From: the human T2T-CHM13v2.0 reference genome, Homo sapiens
DNA length: 64,000 nt
Assembly: GCF_009914755.1 (NCBI RefSeq)
Contig: NC_060942.1
Direction: 5' to 3' (one strand)
The notes beneath the pieces were generated by a model that saw only the letters and a program-made list of their open reading frames with translations, was not told where the DNA came from and ran no database searches. The position numbers and the translations under genes are program-made. Shown piece after piece: positions 57,697-64,000 of the stretch; the stretch's first letter is position 1, and every line of letters begins with the position of its first letter.

Positions 57697-58524
57697 GGTG
57701 AATTATTAGATCTGGAAGTAAGACAGGTAATACAGCTACCTGGTTTGAGCTCTTGTAGACTTTGAAGTCCTTTGTTGGAACCCAGAGAAGCCCTGAACAC
57801 AGCACGGGTAATTTGGCACGTGCTGCTCTATTGTTTAGAGTCATGGCTGATCAGTCCAGTGGTTATGCAGAGAGCAGAGATGAGGACAGGTGTGTGACCA
57901 GGACTTAAAACCACTAAATCAGAGTGCAGGGAAATTGTATCAGCAACTCGAATGCACAAAAGTATAACTTTGAGACGTTGGTATAATGTCAACAAACCGC
58001 TGAATGGTGAGGAAGGAGTTGTGCTAATTGTACTGTTGTAAAGGAAACTGACAGTAGTGGAGTAGGCAAAAGATGCTTACGGAAAGCTATTATGGTTCAT
58101 AAAGATTCTTCAGAATTTGCCATTCTGAATAAATAACCAAACAGCATGGCTCCTGAGAAAGCCCAGGAGCACTGAGTCATTATTTATTTGGAAATACACT
58201 GAGGAGCTTGGTGAAACAGAAAGACTTAGAGGGCTGTGAAGGTTCTGAACTGTGGGAAAGAGAAGGTATTAAACCTACTTCCTCACCATCTGTTGTAGTG
58301 TTCTGTGACTCTACCTGCTATACAGAAAAAAAGCTGATCCGTAAGTCCATCAAAACAAAAAATAGGGTATGATCAAAGAAGTCTTTCTAGGGCAGTGAAT
58401 GATTATGAAACACTAAAATAACAATTGTTAGCTAGAAGTGACTTTAGAGATCCTTTCAGCCTTTTGTGAGGAAACAAAGGTGCGGGGAAGTTAACTAACA
58501 TTTATCAAATGCATGCCATTAAAA

Positions 58525-59767
<1,243 letters not shown>

Positions 59768-59807
59768 CTAGGAAAAAAGAAACTTTAAAGTACAATATGG
59801 CAAAATT

Positions 59808-60518
<711 letters not shown>

Positions 60519-61114
60519 TTACTGAGAGTGTGGTGCTATTCCAGCTTCCCATAGATAAAGGTCACATACCTCAACAATGGTTAACAGAAAGTAGCCCAGA
60601 CCCAAGTACATAGATTCCTTTAGTGTAATATTCATATTAAATGGAAACTTTTAACGATATGCAAAAGAAGGAATACCTTCAAGTCTAGGGAAAAAATACA
60701 TCTTCAAGTGAAACAATGTTCTCAATGTATTACTTCAATTTATTTATGATTCTTGGTCCCAGCTTAGTAGACTACAGAAAGGCAAAGAACACCCTTCTAA
60801 AAGCTGAAATTTTCAAAGCACTAATTTAATTCCTGTGAAGAGTAATGTGTTTTGAGCCTGCCCTTCTTCACTACTTATTTATTTAGCTGAATTGCAGATC
60901 AGCTTAAAAAGTCCATTAATGGTGAAATAACCTCTTTCAGAAGGGCAATTGTAAAAAATGTGTCAGAACTTTTATAAATAATAAAATGCCTAGCAAGAAG
61001 ATTTGCCTTGGAGATTTCTGAAATTCAGGCTGATAGCAGCAACATGCATCTGCTGGTGGGATCCAACAGGTCAGCTCCCTCGCAGCTTTCTATGGTTTTC
61101 TTAAGAATGACTCA

Positions 61115-61167
61115 AAGGGCAATAGGCAGGCCCTAAGGCAAGGGCAATAGGCAGGCCCTAAGGCAAG
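61115..61167. repeat. Perfect 25-bp tandem duplication
   Basis: AAGGGCAATAGGCAGGCCCTAAGGC x2. Confidence 0.95.
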
Positions 61168-63163
61168 CGGAATAAGGGAGCTGAGGGAAGTGGAACACTG
61201 CTTTTTTGGATGGAATGAGGGTCACCCAGAGGGGCCTTCCCTATCTGATTGTGCTGTCTCCTCCCTCCCCATCCTGGGAAATGAACAAAGAGTCACACAG
61301 AGCATCATTGTCAGGGAAGAGAACAGAGCCTGCACCTAAGAGCAGAGAAGCTGTGAATTCGACTTGGTTCTTCCTAAAGTAGGTCTTGGGCAGGAACTCT
61401 TATTGTCCCAGGCTAGTGTTCAAGGTGTAAAGCACTGGTTTCTGTTTAAAGACAAAATATCATGTTTTAAGACAAAATATCATGTATCATAAGTATAAGA
61501 ACTATATTTAAGGGCCACCTGTCAGAAGTATCGTTTTGTGAAACCATGGGTGGCCTGCAAGAGTGGATTTCATGGGAGCAGCTCTCCCTGTAGGCAAAAT
61601 ACTTTTTTTACATCACAGCTTGAACAACATGGCTATTCTTTTTAAGATTCTTGGAATGCTGAATGTCATGCAGTCCTGCAAAAACAGAAGCAAAACCTGG
61701 GGAGACCTGATGAAATACCTATGGGAGTATTTGTCTGACAGATTCAGGCATTTGGCATTTTCCCAGGAAAGTCAGTCCTCCAACTGCTGCTTGGTCAGGT
61801 TTCCAACCTAATACTATCCCTGAATTCTAACTTATGCAAGTATAAAAAATCTTCAAGAAGGTGTTCAGAAAAAAAATTCACAGCCATTTAAAGTTAACCA
61901 AAACCCAAATGCCTGCATTATTTGCCTTTCTCAGTGTGTTGGTAATAGAAGCAGGATGTTTAATAAAATAGAGACAATGCTTCTTGTGGTGAAAACGCCT
62001 CATTGATGTTCTCTGCTTCACAGGACCACACCAAGTGCCCTTTACTAGTACATCTTTTGTTGGCTTCAGCTTCAGCCAAAATTTTGAACAACTTTGAGAG
62101 AAAATTAGTGCTAGGAAGCATTTTGGGTGTCTATTACTCTGAGACAAAACAGGAACCATTCTTGTTAGGAAAGAAATGCCTGCAAGTTCTAATAGTGAAA
62201 GAGAAAGCTACTTGGCTCATCCCCTCTCCCTCCCCCAGCTCTGTCTCAGATTTTTGGAAATGTCTGAACATCGTTTATCTAGATAGCAGCTGACACAGGC
62301 CAATGATTCACTTTGGGTTGGCAAAGTGATTTCTTGGGGATAATAGTCTCTTTAGCCTGTGATTGTAGAATTTTTACCCACTCTTTCCGTAATACCAAAA
62401 AAATCAACTTAGAAACAAACATATATGAAAGTTGTCTGTAATAAACTTGTAAGGCAGTTTCTTTTATTTTTCATTTTAGGTGGATAAACTTGACGCTACA
62501 GTGATATAACTTCCAGCTAATTGCCATCGTCCTCCTGAATTGTCATAGCTTTGGATTTCCTGTTTTGGGGTTGGACAGTGATTAGTGTGAGAGGAAGATT
62601 AAATTTCTGGGCTGTTTTTCCACATTTTCTGAAATTCTTTGACCTTATGATCCCATGAAGGGCTTTCCATCAAAGGAAGACTCCTGGCCTCTCTCATCTC
62701 CACCCCATTTCCTCCTTCCTATAAAGAGTTGTCACATCCTCCTGGAGATGGGGCAGGTCTTTCTGGGCACCTCCTCAAGGTCTGCCTGCTCAGAGAGGGG
62801 TCTGACTCCACCCAAGCTTCCAGCAGCCTGGGTGGGAGAGGCAGATGGGATGGGAGGAATCTGTGGTTGGCAAGTAGTAGAGTGAACTTAATTCTGAAGA
62901 GTTATTTAGAGCTAAGAAGCTTATTGTGTCCACACATCTAAGCTTTGTCCTCCAATCCAGCATTTATTTGTGATAATGCTGATTTTTAAAAATCTCCTTC
63001 TCTCATAGTTAAATTCTTAAAGACAGAAAGTAGGATGGTGGTTGCCAGGGAGTAGGGGCAGGGAGATATAGGAAGTTATTATCAAATGAGTATATAGTTT
63101 CAGATGTGCAGTATGAAAAGAGCTCTGGAGATGAATGGTGGTGATGGTTGCACAACAAAATAA

Positions 63164-63486
<323 letters not shown>

Positions 63487-63509
63487 TGAACTATATAGTT
63501 AAGAATGGT

Positions 63510-63795
63510 GGCCGGGTGCAGTGCCTCACTCTTGTAATCCCAGCACTTTGGGAGTCCAAGGCGGGTGGATCACTTGAGGCCAGGAGTTCGAGACCAGCCT
63601 GGCCAACATGGTGAAACCCTGTCTCTAATAAAAATAGAAAAAGTTAGCTGGGTGTGGTGGTGCATGCCAGTAATTCCAGCTACTTGGGAGGCTGAGGCAG
63701 GAGAATCATTTGAACCCTAGAGGCAAAGGTTGCAGTGAGTGGAGATCATGCCACCACACTCCAGCCTGAATGACAGGCTCTGTCTCAAAAAAAGA
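63510..63795 (+). mobile_element. AluS (Sz-like)
   Basis: GATCACTTGAGGCCAGG; TSD AAGAATGGT at 63501-63509 and 63796-63804. Confidence 0.92.
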
Positions 63796-64000
63796 AAGAA
63801 TGGTTAAGATGGTGGTGAATTTTATGGTACATATATTTTACCACAATTAAAAAAATGGAGAAAAAGCTTCTCAGTTTAATTCTTTTCCTGTATTCCCCAA
63901 TGTTGGGCAGTTTCTGTTTGATTATATATTCAACTACTTGTTTCCATGATTTAAAAGAGCCAAAATCTGGGAATGTTATAAAGGAGGATTCATCCCATGC

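Overview
Primate (human-like) non-coding genomic DNA, either intronic or intergenic. I find no supportable protein-coding exon series, RNA gene or CpG island. The long ORFs in the supplied track are read-throughs of Alu, L1, LTR or low-complexity sequence. The window is a layered record of transposons: about 26 Alu/FLAM-type elements (many with readable target-site duplications, TSDs), L1 and L2 fragments, MIRs, DNA-transposon MITEs (MER33, MER1B, MER3, MER58A/B, MER44A, MER20, MER104), several MaLR/ERVL LTRs and three full-length ERV1 solo LTRs (LTR1-type, MER41B, LTR10-type) grouped in an Alu-free stretch at about 40.4-54.6 kb. Points worth a second look are: a MER41B with one canonical GAS site and one N4-spaced (STAT6-type) site; an LTR10 with a p53-type element; two neighbouring AluY copies sharing a 112-bp identical tract with a non-consensus base (possible gene conversion); an endonuclease target site used twice, leaving a triplicated TSD; a head-to-head Alu pair only 23 bp apart; and a recurring set of fold-back palindromes, two of which look like template-switch rewrites of known repeat consensus. 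Repeat subfamily names come from recalled consensus features, not a database search. I do not see evidence for a new biological system.
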